Source: Perna viridis (taxonomy: Eukaryota). From it: 64,000 bases of DNA. A program made the position numbers and the translations under genes. The stretch is taken from assembly GCA_037379345.1 (NCBI GenBank), contig CM074523.1, positions 2,426,525 through 2,490,524 of the forward strand. Reading direction: 5' to 3'. The notes beneath the pieces are model-generated. The model made no database searches and was not told the DNA's origin. It was given only the letters and a program-made list of their open reading frames with translations. Shown here piece after piece: positions 53,501-63,114 of this stretch; the stretch's first letter is position 1; each line of letters begins with the position of its first letter.

Positions 53501-56500
53501 GGAAGTTCAATATTTAGGACAACTAATATCAAGGCATTAATAATAATACATACCTGGTAAATCTGGCTGCCGTTGACGATGGAACACCTGAATTTGCTGT
53601 GGGGTCATTTGTAAATCGGTAATCTTTTTGGCCAAACTGGAGTAGTCATAGCGATGAATTTTGATAAGATGATGAGGGTATCCGTTTGTTGTGACATACA
53701 GGTGATTTTCAAACATAGATATACTGGTAAAGTAATATGCTTTCTTCCCCAGAAAGGCAAAAAATTGCTGAAAGATATATGTTTAATACACTAACCATTA
53801 TATCATACTAAACAAATGATTATCTTGAATCATAACAAAATCATAGTTTTAAACAGTTAACCCGGTTTTACAGATTAATGGTAGAACAACCCCTTGGTGT
53901 TGCAGATAACCCTAGAACTAACTAATGTTAAATTTAAAGCAAAAACAGCCTGACTGGTTTTGGTTCTTCACTGGACCTTCATCTGAGGCTAATGAGAAGC
54001 TTGCTTTACGAGAAGTAAAAATACAGTCAAGAAACAGAATCACAATGATAAAGTCAAATTTTTACAAAAATGGAATTCTTCAAAATGGAAGAAAATCAAA
54101 TCTGTTCGTGTGATACAGAGATACAGACATATCTTTTCATATCACTTTTGCCCAGCAGGAGCTGAATAACAGGTGTAAATCATTTTTCTGGTGACACAGC
54201 TGACATTATCTCATTTTGAAGCTTTATGATACCTACACGCCCTCGTAGTCTTGTAAAAATTAAGTACCGCCTGGTACCATCATAATCCATCCTATGTATC
54301 ACATCAGGTTCCAGGATGTATAAGTGCTTATTTGCATAATCTAAGGTCAGTCCCATGACCTTGTGGAGCATGCTCATCTTGCCATCTTCAATAATTATAT
54401 TGTTACTACCATCCAATAAGGTCCGTCTGATTGATGATTTTCCAAATGAGTCATCATACACAGCATAGAATAAATATCTAAAATGTCACAATGAATAACA
54501 ATTTTAGCTGTCTTCTTTATAAGGAAACTACATATTGTATGGACAAATCAAAAGCTTTAAAGTGGTCTTGGTTTTTTTTTTATAACTTTTTATATACAAC
54601 ATTATATGTGACACATTGTTTTGAACTGATCAACTCTCATGCCTAATATCAAATGCATACACCAAAAGAAAAAAAAAGTGATAGCATGAACAAGATTGAT
54701 TACACATAGACAGACTGATCTGCCACTTATCATGGCAGGGCCCTTATACAAAGATAAAGAAGGTAAAGCCAGAACAAGTAGGGTAGATAAAATTTACTTG
54801 TTACTATTTGAACAAATCATATCAGACATGATTTCATTTATCCAACAAAAAAAATGGAAATTAAAAATATACGACATATATATATACAACAAAAAAGAAA
54901 CATAATGGTAAAATCTGAATTTGAATTGCAAATAAATCGAGTCTGTAATATCAGTGACTTACCCCCTGACTGGATCTATCACCATTGCAACAGGAATGTC
55001 AAGGTCAGTTTGTACAATACTACGACAATGAAAAGATTTACTATTACAGAGGATGATTTGATGGTGAACTATATCCAGGAAGTACCAGTTACCCGTTATC
55101 CAATCCTTCGCCATCTGTTTTATCGCTGGAAATGAAAAAAAAAAATAGGTGAAATTTTTTTTTAATAGAATCTGATAGTACTATGAGGAAACTAAATGAG
55201 AGATTTAGACTGGGACATGGTAAATAATTACCATGCTTACATTAGATGGAAAAACATTGATAGATAACTCAAATGTTCACCAATTCATGAAGTTGTCCAT
55301 GTAAAAAATCAGGCAGATCCGAAATGGTTCGCACATGGTAAATTTTAACCCCCTGAATTCCTTGTTTCAATGTAATGTTTATATCATATGTATGTCAAAT
55401 AGTAAAAGGATTTTTTAATGCAACAATGGATAGCTTGGAAAACAATTTTAAAGTTTCCTTACAAAGCAAGCAAATTGGACTCAAAAATAAAGAGTTATCT
55501 CCCTTTTTCACTGAATTTCAATGCATTTTTTGTAATTGTTTCTGTTACTCAAAAACCAACATTCAACTCTGACAAAGGATGTATTTATGATATGAAATGG
55601 ATGAAAAATTTTTGAAAACAAAATTTGTTATGTGCAATCCACTACCTGGTTTTTGCATGGACACCCTCTTAAACAACCCCCATTATTTGTAAGAAATCCT
55701 AAGATTCCTTGTAAATCTTTTTGTACAAATATAACTTTTCCAAAAGTTTTTACAAAGTACTGGGCCATAGGAATATAAAGGATAACAACCACATATAATT
55801 CAGAAATTTCAGAAAATTTTGATACTAACTGTGGGCAGCTTTAACACTTTTTAAATGATAGCTGTTACAATAATACTAAAGAAATGATTGGAAACCTCTT
55901 TTTGTCAATTTAAAAAAAAATATATCATATAAAATGGTGCAAAGTATCTCCTTTGCAGGTCAGCTTCAAGCATGCTCTCCTTTTGGCAGGAGACTCCTAA
56001 AAGTTAATTACAAATTCAACAATCTCCTGCTTATCTGTCAAAGCAGGAGATTTAGACATACCATATAGGTGTTTTTTTTAAGAGTGGAAAATTTCACGTT
56101 TTTCTTCAAAAACTGTGTAATGTTTGATTTTGGCATGTTATTTGCATGTCAGACAAATAGTTAAATGAATTATACAAAGATGAATAACTCTATTTTATCT
56201 TCATAAATATTTCACATGATTTAATTTTCGCATTCCAACTTTGATCACGATTATAGCAAACTTTACCACTAACACAGTATTGGGAAATGTTTTCCATGTT
56301 ATTTCAATTTTTGGCTTGAAATCTTTTTAAAAAAATGATAACTTCAATTCTTGTCAAAACAAACTGATATTGAACCTGTGGTGAAGACCATTAACATACT
56401 ATCATTATAATATAAGGAAACATTGCATATTATCTTCAAGGAAATTCAAGAGAAACTGTTGCAGTTCAAGTAAGGTCTATTGCTAAACATAGGACATGTC

Positions 56501-59500
56501 ATGGAAAAGAAACCTTGGCAAATCTCCCACTTTGAGAAAATTTTGAGAGAGAGATCTCAGCTCTAGAATTTTCAAAAGTTAACACCTATGATCATGCACA
56601 AAAGAATTTTGTTAGGACAGTGTTATCACAGAACCACAAAAACTCATTTCACTTAATAAGCCTTACTACTCACTTCCGAAGAAGTTTGCACTGGTATATA
56701 TTTTATTCTGGATCCCTGTCTGAAGATCGCCACATATCATCTCATACACAATATTCACTGAGTCTAAAGCAAGCTGTAAGCAGAAAATATTTATTTTAAG
56801 CCACAAACCTTACTCGATGACATCTCTTATAGTTGTACATAGAACACCATATAATGTTTATATCAGGGTTCATACACCTTTTTTGTTCCAATTTTCAAAG
56901 ACTTTTCCAGGATGTTTTTTTAATATTCCATACCCAAAACCACAAACAATTGCACATTTTTTTTAGAAGTTTTTCAATTATTGTAAGCATATACATGTGT
57001 GCCAAATGTTTTGAACACATTCATAAAGCTGGTATGTGTTACTATGACTTCTAACAGGAGCAAAATCTAAGCTTCTCAAGTTCCAGATTTACCCGGATTA
57101 GATTTATTTGACCTATAAAAACCTTTGCACTAATTTTGTGAATATTTTGGCCCTTCAATATGTTTTGGCCAACGTAGCTGATAAGAACTTTAGGCTCGAA
57201 ACATGTGTCCTCATGACGGAATTTTGTTAACCTTGATATCTTTAATGGCTGTATTTTATTGATGGGCAAAAAGTAATAATTTTGATATCCATTTATTACC
57301 TGGCCTTTCCTGCACCACTTCCCCTTTGAAGCCAAACGCTTGTATTCTTCTTTTTCAACCCACTTGGGTTGAAAATTATAGTTTCCTGGCATTTTGTTTT
57401 ATAAGGTCATGATGTTTTGACACCGGTTAAATCTGGTTCCCTTTTTGACATTAAAAAAAAACCAGTCCCTGAATACTTACAGATTATTCCCCCTTGACTT
57501 ACCTCCCCGAACGAGAGATTAAGAAGACTGTAGAATAAAATTCCATGACATTTCAAGGACTTTTGGCAAAAAACAGGATTCAATGGCTATTCAAGGCCTT
57601 TAATTTTCAAAATGAAATTCCATGACTTTTCAAGGATTCAAGGACCTGTATGAACCCTGTGCTTTAGTAGATTGTAAGATCCCAACTCATTTACATACAA
57701 TACTTCTATAGTTTAGGTCAGGAAACTTTCCCTGAAATTATCTACTACTCAATTCAGAGGTTGTCTAATTCTTTTTTTTATATTCTTATTTCATTCTGTC
57801 CATTGTGTGCTAAGTACAATTTTGTTTAAATAAGTTGGCTTTTAAATCATACTTTGAACTGAAGGCTATACAATTCATCTTGATAGATTTAGTCACGTAT
57901 TATTGCAGATGTACTGATATCTTACAGACAATCCTCAATCAATATTTGATTTGATACTGTGATTAAGAAGCCATCTAAAGTAATAAACAAGAGGCTCCAA
58001 GGAGCCTGAATTGCCCACCTGGTTGAATTTTGCCTTTTAAAGGCAATGAATTTAACAAGAAGTTGTCCAACAAATTTCACTTAAGAAGTCTTTGGTAGGG
58101 CTTATCATAAGGATCATTTCAACAATAGAAAGTTTCTTTTAATCTATTATAGTTTTCAAGATATTTACTGAAATTTGTTAAAAAAAGTCCTTTTTCCCCT
58201 TCCAAGGGCAATAACTCTTACATGGAGTCATCTGAAGACTTTTGTAGTCCTAGTAATAAGGATCATTTCAGCTATTGAAAGAATTTGGCTAAACCTATCA
58301 GTTTTGGCGGTACATGCAAAAAACTACTGTCTGACTGCTATGTTCTATTTTCAGTAACAGCTGCCACGTTTTTTGACTGATAAAAAATCCCTACATCAGT
58401 TCTTTGCATGATACCCCAAGAAACATTCATACCAAGCTTAGTTTCAATTCATTAAGTAGTGTCAGAGGAGAAGATTTTTCAAAGAAATAACATTAAAAAT
58501 AGCAAAAATCATTGCAAAAAGGCAATAACTCCAACATGGCTTAGTGGATTAAAACCAAAATTTGACAAGAAATAGATCTCATCTTGCTAAACACTTTTAC
58601 ATCATCAAAATTTATCTAAATCTAACAATTTTGGAGATATATGTGAAAAACTACTGTATGACCCCTATGTTCTATTTTTTGTAATGGTGGCCATGTTTTT
58701 TGACGAATCAAAAATCCCCACATCAGTTCTATGCAGGATACCCCAAGGAATATTTATATCAAGTTTGGTTTAATCAGTCAAGAAGTTTCAGCGGAGAAGA
58801 GTTTTGTATAATTGTTAACGTTGAGGACGATGACGGATGAAGATGACGACAGACGCCAAGCAATGGCAATAGCTCACCTGGTCTTTGACCAGGTGAGCTA
58901 AAAAACCACTGAACCTACAGGAATTAACTCCCTTTGATCTACCTCTGTTATTACAGCTTACAAATGAGTATATTCAAATATCATATCATAATAATTACCC
59001 AGCATGCTGTGTTGTTTCGATGATCAAAGTCAATGGTTATGATATTCTTCCCTTGAAACTCTACTCCCCTTCCAACTTTTCCATTCATACTTAGTTGTTT
59101 CATACTAGTATTGGCAGCAATTAGAAATGTTGCTTCAGATCCTACAGGTTCTGTTCATAAAAGAAAATTATTTTGTTAGATCTACTATATAACAAGACAG
59201 ACAGCATGTGTAGACCAGTGTCACCCTGTTTGTCAGCCAATAGTTTCAAAGTATGCACAAGTCTAAAAACTATACTGTAAACATACTAATTTTCGCTATT
59301 TTTGCATTAGGCAGAAAAGCGTGTGTACCCGCAAATTTCACTTTTAAACACATCATAATGTTAACCATTTTTTGAAAAAGCAAAATTAATACCTATGAAT
59401 TTGTTCACCTGACAGAAATTACGAAAATTAGAACCGCAAAAGTTAATATGTTTACAGAATTGCAAATTATAATATGAACCAGTGATTGCATGTACCCCTA

Positions 59501-62500
59501 AAAAGTAATGGCCAAGTTCAATAAGTAAATCAAAGTTTTTTTTTGCCTTCAAAAACATATGTCTCCCTTGGTCCAAGTTCAAATGCTTCAATAGCACTTC
59601 AGGCTAATACCTTCCTCGCATTATATTAAAATTTAGTGAAATCTAAAAAGACCTTACATTTGATAAACTGCTAAAGTAATCAACATTACCATCAATAGAT
59701 TTGCAACTTCCTGTTCCTATTAACTGGTACCCTGGTTCACAACTACACTGGAAGCCTTGACTCATCATACTACATTGTTGATCACAAAAACCAGGAAAAT
59801 CACACACATTATGATCTGTAAAATACAAACATTTCATTAATACACATTCAGTGGTGTATGAGGACTAACAGACAACAGAAGGATACATACACCTCAACAT
59901 AACAGAAGAATACATAAATCTCAGTGTAACAGAAGGTTACATACACCTCAATGTCACAGAAGGATACATACACCTCAATGTCACAGAAGGGTACATACAC
60001 CTCAATGTAACAGAAGGATACATACACCTCCAGGTAACAGAAGGGTACATACATCTCAATGTAACAGAAGGGTACATACACCTCAATGTAACAGAAGGAT
60101 ACATACACCTCCAGGTAACAGAAGGATACATACACCTCAATGTAACAGAAGGGTACATACACCTCCAGGTAATAGAAGGGTACATACACCTCCAGGTAAC
60201 AGAAGGATACATACACCTCAATGTCACAGAAGGGTACATACACCTCAATGTAACAGAAGGATACATACACCTCCAGGTAACAGAAGGGTACATACATCTC
60301 AATGTAACAGAAGGGTACATACACCTCAATGTAACAGAAGGATACATACACCTCCAGGTAACAGAAGGATACATACACCTCAATGTCACAGAAGGGTACA
60401 TACACCTCAATGTAACAGAAGGATACATACATCTCCAAGTAAAAGAATGATACATATTTGTCCAGGTAACAGAAGGGTACATACACCTCCAGGTAAAAGA
60501 AGGATACATACACCTCCAGGTAACAGAAGGGTACATACACCTCAATGTAACAGAAGGATACATACACCTCAATGTAACAGAAGGGTACATACACCTCCAA
60601 GTAACAGAAGGGTACATACACCTCCAGGTAACAGAAGGGTACATACACCTCCAGGTAACAGAAGGATACATACACCTCAAGGTAACAGAAGGATACATAC
60701 ACCTCAATGTAACAGAAGGGTACATACACCTCAATTTAACTGGATACATACACCTCAATGTAACAGAAGGGTACATACACCTCCAGGTAACAGAAGGATA
60801 CATACACCTCCAAGTAACAGAAGGGTACATACACCTCCAAGTAACAGAAGGATACATACACCTCCAGGTAACAGAAGGATACATACACCTCAATGTAACA
60901 GAAGGATACATACACCTCAAGGTAACAGAAGGGTACATACACCTCCAGGTAACAGAAGGGTACATACACCTCCAGGTAACAAAAGGGTACATACACCTCC
61001 AGGTAATAGAAGGGTACATACACCTCCAGGTAACAGAAGGATACATACACCACAATGTAACAGGATACATACACCTCCAGGTAACAAAAGGTATAGTCAA
61101 TAGGATGGATATCCCAATCACTATATACCCACACTGTGCAAGTATGAACTAGAAAAAACTGTGAGCAATGTTGACAACTTACACCTTTTGACCTTCAAAT
61201 TACTTTGGATCAAAATCTAAAGTACAGACAGAAGTACCAACTGATACCCTATCACTATAAACAGCCACACTGCAAGTGGGGGGTATAATAAAAGGCAGGC
61301 ATTTGCTTTAAAAATAAATCTTCTGATCTGGTGTAAAACTACCTAGCTGAATGGCTAACACGTGGTCTAAGATTAAAGCTCAGTACTTTACAATGAACAG
61401 CTAATAGGGTTGTTCCAGTAAAACATATGAGAGACGGGGAAATCAGAAGCTTTACTATTAGTATATGGGTGGGTAGTCACCACGAAATTAAAGATTTATG
61501 TGTTATAATATCTATAGAAACTGACATGAAAAAAATCGTAATTTTAGAATTCCTGCCCAATTTATTTTATTTTATTCTACATCGAACATACCTATGCACT
61601 TAGTCTCATTTTCTGTTTGTAAAAATTTTTGATTTTCAGAGCAGAAACATTTGGCAACTGGGTGGCTATTTTCTGGCACAACTTGGCAACACTTTGGCGA
61701 TGGATGATTGACTGTTGGGGTCATTTGGCAATCAGAAGAACAATTTGCAGTATCACAGGGATTTTTGACTGAAAAAGAATGAAAATAATTATGATATTAT
61801 ATGTTCAATTACTGTATATCACATGACTAACGTAACTTGAATACAGATGAGTATATGATGAAAATATAGAAGATATTTGTCATCACAACTGGATTGACTA
61901 ATATGAAGTTCCTACCTCACAGATGAGACAATATGAAAATATGAGATGTGGTATGATTGTCATTGAGATAGACATTCATCAAATGCAAAGCAATTAACAA
62001 TTAATCATCTAAAGGTCACTTTGCGGTCTTCTATGATGGGCAAAACCCATACCACAAAGCAAGCTGTAAAAGGCCACAAAATAAGTGATATGAAACTGTT
62101 CATAAATGACAAAAAATGACCTAATCTTCAGACATCTACAGTGAGAAATCTTCACATCCATCAAAGTTTAAACTCACTTGCAATATGGGTGCTGCTGGTG
62201 GAGCAAGACATCCATACTCTTTCAGAGCACATGATGCCACTCCTAGTTTTTACGGAAGTTCATATCAAGCTTTGTTTTTATTTTGTGTGTGCTTTCATGT
62301 TTTCCTCCTCTTCTGTTTTTATAGGTAATTGTATTTTATTCTGTTGTCTACATTGTGTAGATAATCTCTGTTTCCTGTTGACTATATTGTGTATGTGGAT
62401 AATCTCTGTTTCCTATTGTCTGCATTGTGTATGTGGAAAATCTCTGTTTCCTGTTGTCTACATTGTGTATGTGGATAATCTCTGTTTTCTGTTGTCTACA

Positions 62501-63114
62501 TTGCATATGTAGATAATCTCTGTTTCCTATTGTCTGCATTGTGTATGTGGAAAATCTTTGTTTCCTGTTGACTACATTGTGTATGTGGATAATCTCTGTT
62601 TCCTGTAGTCTACATTGTGTATGTGGATAATCTCTGTTTCCTATTGACTACATTGTGTAGATAATCTCTGTTTCCTGTTGACTACATTGTGTATGTAGAT
62701 AATCTCTGTTTTCTGTTTTCCCATTATTGTCATGTACTTGTATTTTGATATATCTCTATTTGGATGCTTCAGTGTTGTTGATTTCTACTGACTTGATTAA
62801 CACATGAATACAGATGAACACGTCACATGACTTACTATGAGTACAGATAGACATGCCATATGATTTTCTTTGAGTACAGACATATCTCTATCAAAATTTA
62901 TTTTGAATGCAGATGGACATTTCACACGACTTACTTTGAATACAGAGGGACATGTCACATGACTTACTTTGAGTACAGAAGTCACCTTCATCACCACCAT
63001 TAATTGCACAGTGAACAGTATTATCACAGAATTGATAAATTGGAATGCATCTTTCTTCTTGTGGACACCTCATGTAGTTAGGAGGGCAGGGAAGTAAATC
63101 ATCACTGTCTTGTA
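418..63114 (-). CDS. LRP1: LRP1-like (low-density lipoprotein receptor-related protein 1) gene, partial, 57 coding exons; 5' and 3' ends outside the window
   Basis: Ordered LDLa clusters, EGF modules and YWTD propellers with phase-compatible splice junctions. Diagnostic LRP1-like segments include [14 protein letters not shown]...[11 protein letters not shown]...[47 protein letters not shown] and [20 protein letters not shown]. Cluster III has 10 LDLa repeats, with the long C1-C2 loop in the 4th as in LRP1. Orthologue versus paralogue is not resolved. Confidence 0.88.
1717..2086. mobile_element. Putative MITE
   Basis: Terminal inverted repeats taagaatcatgcaaaa / ttttgcatgatcctta; non-coding. 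Confidence 0.5.
2704..2904. mobile_element. Tc1/mariner-type MITE
   Basis: TA|ctgtgaaagt ... actttcacag|TA inverted termini with TA duplication. Confidence 0.7.
4256..4730. mobile_element. Tc1/mariner-type MITE, copy 1
   Basis: About 25-bp TIRs cagtacctgaaccaatcagtgcaac / gttgcacggatcagttcagggactg flanked by TA; homologous copy at 43827-44196. Confidence 0.8.
5491..5960 (+). mobile_element. Helentron/HINE-like non-autonomous element, partial
   Basis: Starts aacaagaggctcccaggagcctgaattgct and aligns by eye with 57986-58500. Confidence 0.6.
7189..10884 (-). CDS. LRP1: LRP1-like exons: EGF, Ca-binding EGF, YWTD propeller (propeller 7 equivalent), EGF
   Basis: Exons 10765-10884, 10142-10267 ([14 protein letters not shown]), 9459-9667, 8536-9124 ([19 protein letters not shown]...), 7189-7378. 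Confidence 0.9.
10935..11842. repeat. 27-bp minisatellite, about 33 copies
   Basis: Unit tttgtgatgtcccatatttgtagatgc. Confidence 0.95.
12092..23309 (-). CDS. LRP1: LRP1-like exons: remainder of ligand-binding cluster III (9 further LDLa repeats)
   Basis: Exons 23085-23309 (2 repeats), 17872-18027, 16980-17090, 14618-14734, 14322-14447, 13031-13150, 12092-12340 (2 repeats); all phase 1-1. Confidence 0.88.
13445..14230. repeat. About 66-bp minisatellite, about 12 copies
   Basis: Unit aaacagatatcagtacaccataaaacacctggtaaaggtgggacataaaaaataatccctgccaac with a variable A-run. Confidence 0.95.
16238..16670. repeat. 45-bp minisatellite, about 9 copies, ending in a HINE-like terminal hairpin
   Basis: Unit acagacaaagagacggacagataccttaacttttcagtgtgtatc, followed by tacctacccactttgtgtgctggggtataa. 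Confidence 0.85.
17380..17597 (+). mobile_element. Probable LINE 3' end with (ATT)n tail
   Basis: taactgtgttaccctcttaaaataagc followed by about 10 ATT units. Confidence 0.4.
18370..18883 (+). mobile_element. Helentron/HINE-like element, 3' portion
   Basis: Aligns with 58360-58903; terminal hairpin agctcacatggtcctttggccaaggtgagct followed by an A-run. Confidence 0.6.
19470..21580 (+). pseudogene. Nested antisense B-box/B-box/coiled-coil/beta-propeller (TRIM/NHL-like) pseudogene
   Basis: [11 protein letters not shown], then a frameshift to [19 protein letters not shown] (B-box 1); [28 protein letters not shown] (decayed B-box 2); coiled-coil; propeller tail ([53 protein letters not shown]). 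Stops at about 20322 and 21038, a 77-bp frameshifting duplication, an interruption of about 450 bp, and AATAAA near 21671. Confidence 0.8.
23440..23921. repeat. 31-bp minisatellite, about 15 copies
   Basis: Unit ttaagttatgacagcactttacctaatgaca; preceded by a short HINE-like 5' end at 23393-23427. Confidence 0.92.
24611..27536 (-). CDS. LRP1: LRP1-like exons: YWTD propeller (propeller 6 equivalent), EGF and first cluster III LDLa
   Basis: Exons 27306-27536, 26921-27116, 26295-26499 (MFWTNWN...[26 protein letters not shown]), 25419-25611, 24611-24868. Confidence 0.88.
24935..25088. repeat. About 55-bp tandem repeat, 3 copies
   Basis: ttctccataataggagacacacagattcaat occurs three times. Confidence 0.85.
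27610..27895. repeat. 33-bp minisatellite, about 8 copies
   Basis: Unit gacactgtctcatgtgggagaatcttccccatt. Confidence 0.9.
28302..32310 (-). CDS. LRP1: LRP1-like exons: YWTD propeller (propeller 5 equivalent) and EGF
   Basis: Exons 32179-32310, 31651-31806 (IYWMD...VAVDWVA), 30429-30561, 29685-29960, 28910-29043, 28302-28427. Confidence 0.85.
31229..31485. mobile_element. Interspersed repeat family (SINE-like or non-autonomous), best copy; others at about 4975-5190, 21818-22000, 37772-38110, 42135-42325, 49170-49403, 50512-50810, with a diverged inverted relative at 62185-62340
   Basis: Shared core gagcaactcagactccactaaaaactgggagcatggaccaggtgcaccggtagggtaagcgtcctctgcttttctagaaacaccc in 7 places. 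Confidence 0.85.
33273..37571 (-). CDS. LRP1: LRP1-like exons: YWTD propeller (propeller 4 equivalent) and EGF
   Basis: Exons 37344-37571, 36645-36828, 35488-35600, 34538-34819 (ends at a GC donor), 33273-33395 ([18 protein letters not shown]). Confidence 0.87.
35820..36640 (-). repeat. 61-bp tandem array, about 13 copies, derived from the exon 3' end plus splice donor
   Basis: Unit acctacccttcactggtgaatataaccagagagttgggatttgtcagaaccctccaagaat matches the junction acctacccttcactgggaaatacaaccagagagttgggttttgttag at 36639-36686. Confidence 0.93.
38474..44666 (-). CDS. LRP1: LRP1-like exons: two EGFs, YWTD propeller (LRP1 propeller 3 equivalent), EGF
   Basis: Exons 44553-44666, 44235-44372, 42888-43082, 41361-41565, 40408-40578, 39866-40013, 38474-38693; FWTD/YWVE/YWID/YWTD motifs. 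Confidence 0.9.
39063..39358. repeat. 42-bp minisatellite, about 7 copies
   Basis: Unit tatgatacactacgacatgtaataacaacatttatcatacat. Confidence 0.92.
41138..41356. mobile_element. 219-bp MITE with 29-bp TIRs and a 4-bp TSD (ttac), inserted in a splice donor
   Basis: ttac|aacaaggtattatttgaatttggaattat ... ataattccaaattcaaataatactttgtt|ttac. Confidence 0.85.
43827..44196. mobile_element. Tc1/mariner-type MITE, copy 2
   Basis: TA|cagtacctgaactgatccgtgcaac ... ggatccgttcaagaactg|TA; internal similarity to 4256-4730. Confidence 0.78.
44875..52040 (-). CDS. LRP1: LRP1-like exons: EGF, 45-nt linker exon and ligand-binding cluster II (6 LDLa repeats found)
   Basis: Exons 51906-52040 (alternative acceptor at 52127 possible), 51261-51305, 50135-50248, 49423-49529, 48028-48160, 47074-47208, 46347-46472, 44875-44997; CDG..DC.D.SDE motifs. 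Confidence 0.82.
45084..45340. repeat. 33-bp minisatellite, about 8 copies
   Basis: Unit gagaactgttatagttcccattccatttaccag. Confidence 0.93.
47761..47901. mobile_element. Small MITE with CAGGG termini (hAT-like)
   Basis: 13-bp TIR cagggatgatttt / aaaatcatccctg; related copy near 42567-42710. Confidence 0.6.
48822..49039. mobile_element. Putative MITE with internal ttcacatgaa subrepeats
   Basis: Termini acaggcaaa / tttgcctgt with many internal inverted motifs. Confidence 0.5.
52664..53470. mobile_element. Tc1/mariner-type MITE (tactgtaaac family); short relative at 59273-59458
   Basis: tactgtaaacatattaattttcg at the left end; a degenerate inverted copy aaaattaatatgtt at the right end. Confidence 0.55.
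53554..59150 (-). CDS. LRP1: LRP1-like exons: beta-propeller 1 (divergent YWTD repeats)
   Basis: Exons 58999-59150, 56674-56773, 54963-55125 ([14 protein letters not shown]), 54237-54477 ([12 protein letters not shown]), 53554-53767 ([10 protein letters not shown]...HRQRQP); phases chain 1-0-1-2-0-1. Confidence 0.8.
56864..57659. mobile_element. hAT-like non-autonomous element
   Basis: Perfect 13-bp TIR cagggttcataca / tgtatgaaccctg; no TSD recognisable. Confidence 0.6.
57986..58903 (+). mobile_element. Helentron/HINE-like non-autonomous element, near full length
   Basis: 5' aacaagaggctccaaggagcc, internally duplicated core, (gac/gat)n microsatellite, and 3' hairpin agctcacctggtc-ttt-gaccaggtgagct; architecture typical of bivalve HINE/DINE-like elements. 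Confidence 0.7.
59690..63114 (-). CDS. LRP1: LRP1-like exons: last cluster I LDLa, EGF1 and EGF2
   Basis: Exons 62968-63114 ([19 protein letters not shown]...GGDEGDFC), 61592-61768 (EGF, 8 Cys), 59690-59815 ([15 protein letters not shown]...); all phase 1-1, GT-AG. Confidence 0.85.
59872..61092. repeat. 27-bp minisatellite, about 45 copies with variant units
   Basis: Unit acagaagg(a/g)tacatacacctc(aat/cag)gta. Confidence 0.95.
62340..62718. repeat. 38-bp minisatellite, about 10 copies
   Basis: Unit tacattgtgtatgtggataatctctgtttcctgttgac. Confidence 0.9.
62797..62980 (-). repeat. 33-bp degenerate tandem array, about 6 units, derived from the exon 3' end plus splice donor
   Basis: Minus-strand unit TCTGTACTCAAA|GTAAGTCATGTGACATGTCCC; the first unit is the true junction. 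Confidence 0.85.

Noticed and set aside
54262-54270. Candidate donor CG|GTACTT for the propeller-1 exon
   Set aside because: Gives phase 2, incompatible with the phase-0 next exon; CGT|GTAGGT at 54237 fits.
59848-61134. Long ORFs of 218-394 aa in several frames
   Set aside because: By-product of a 27-bp stop-poor repeat unit; open in multiple frames and on both strands.
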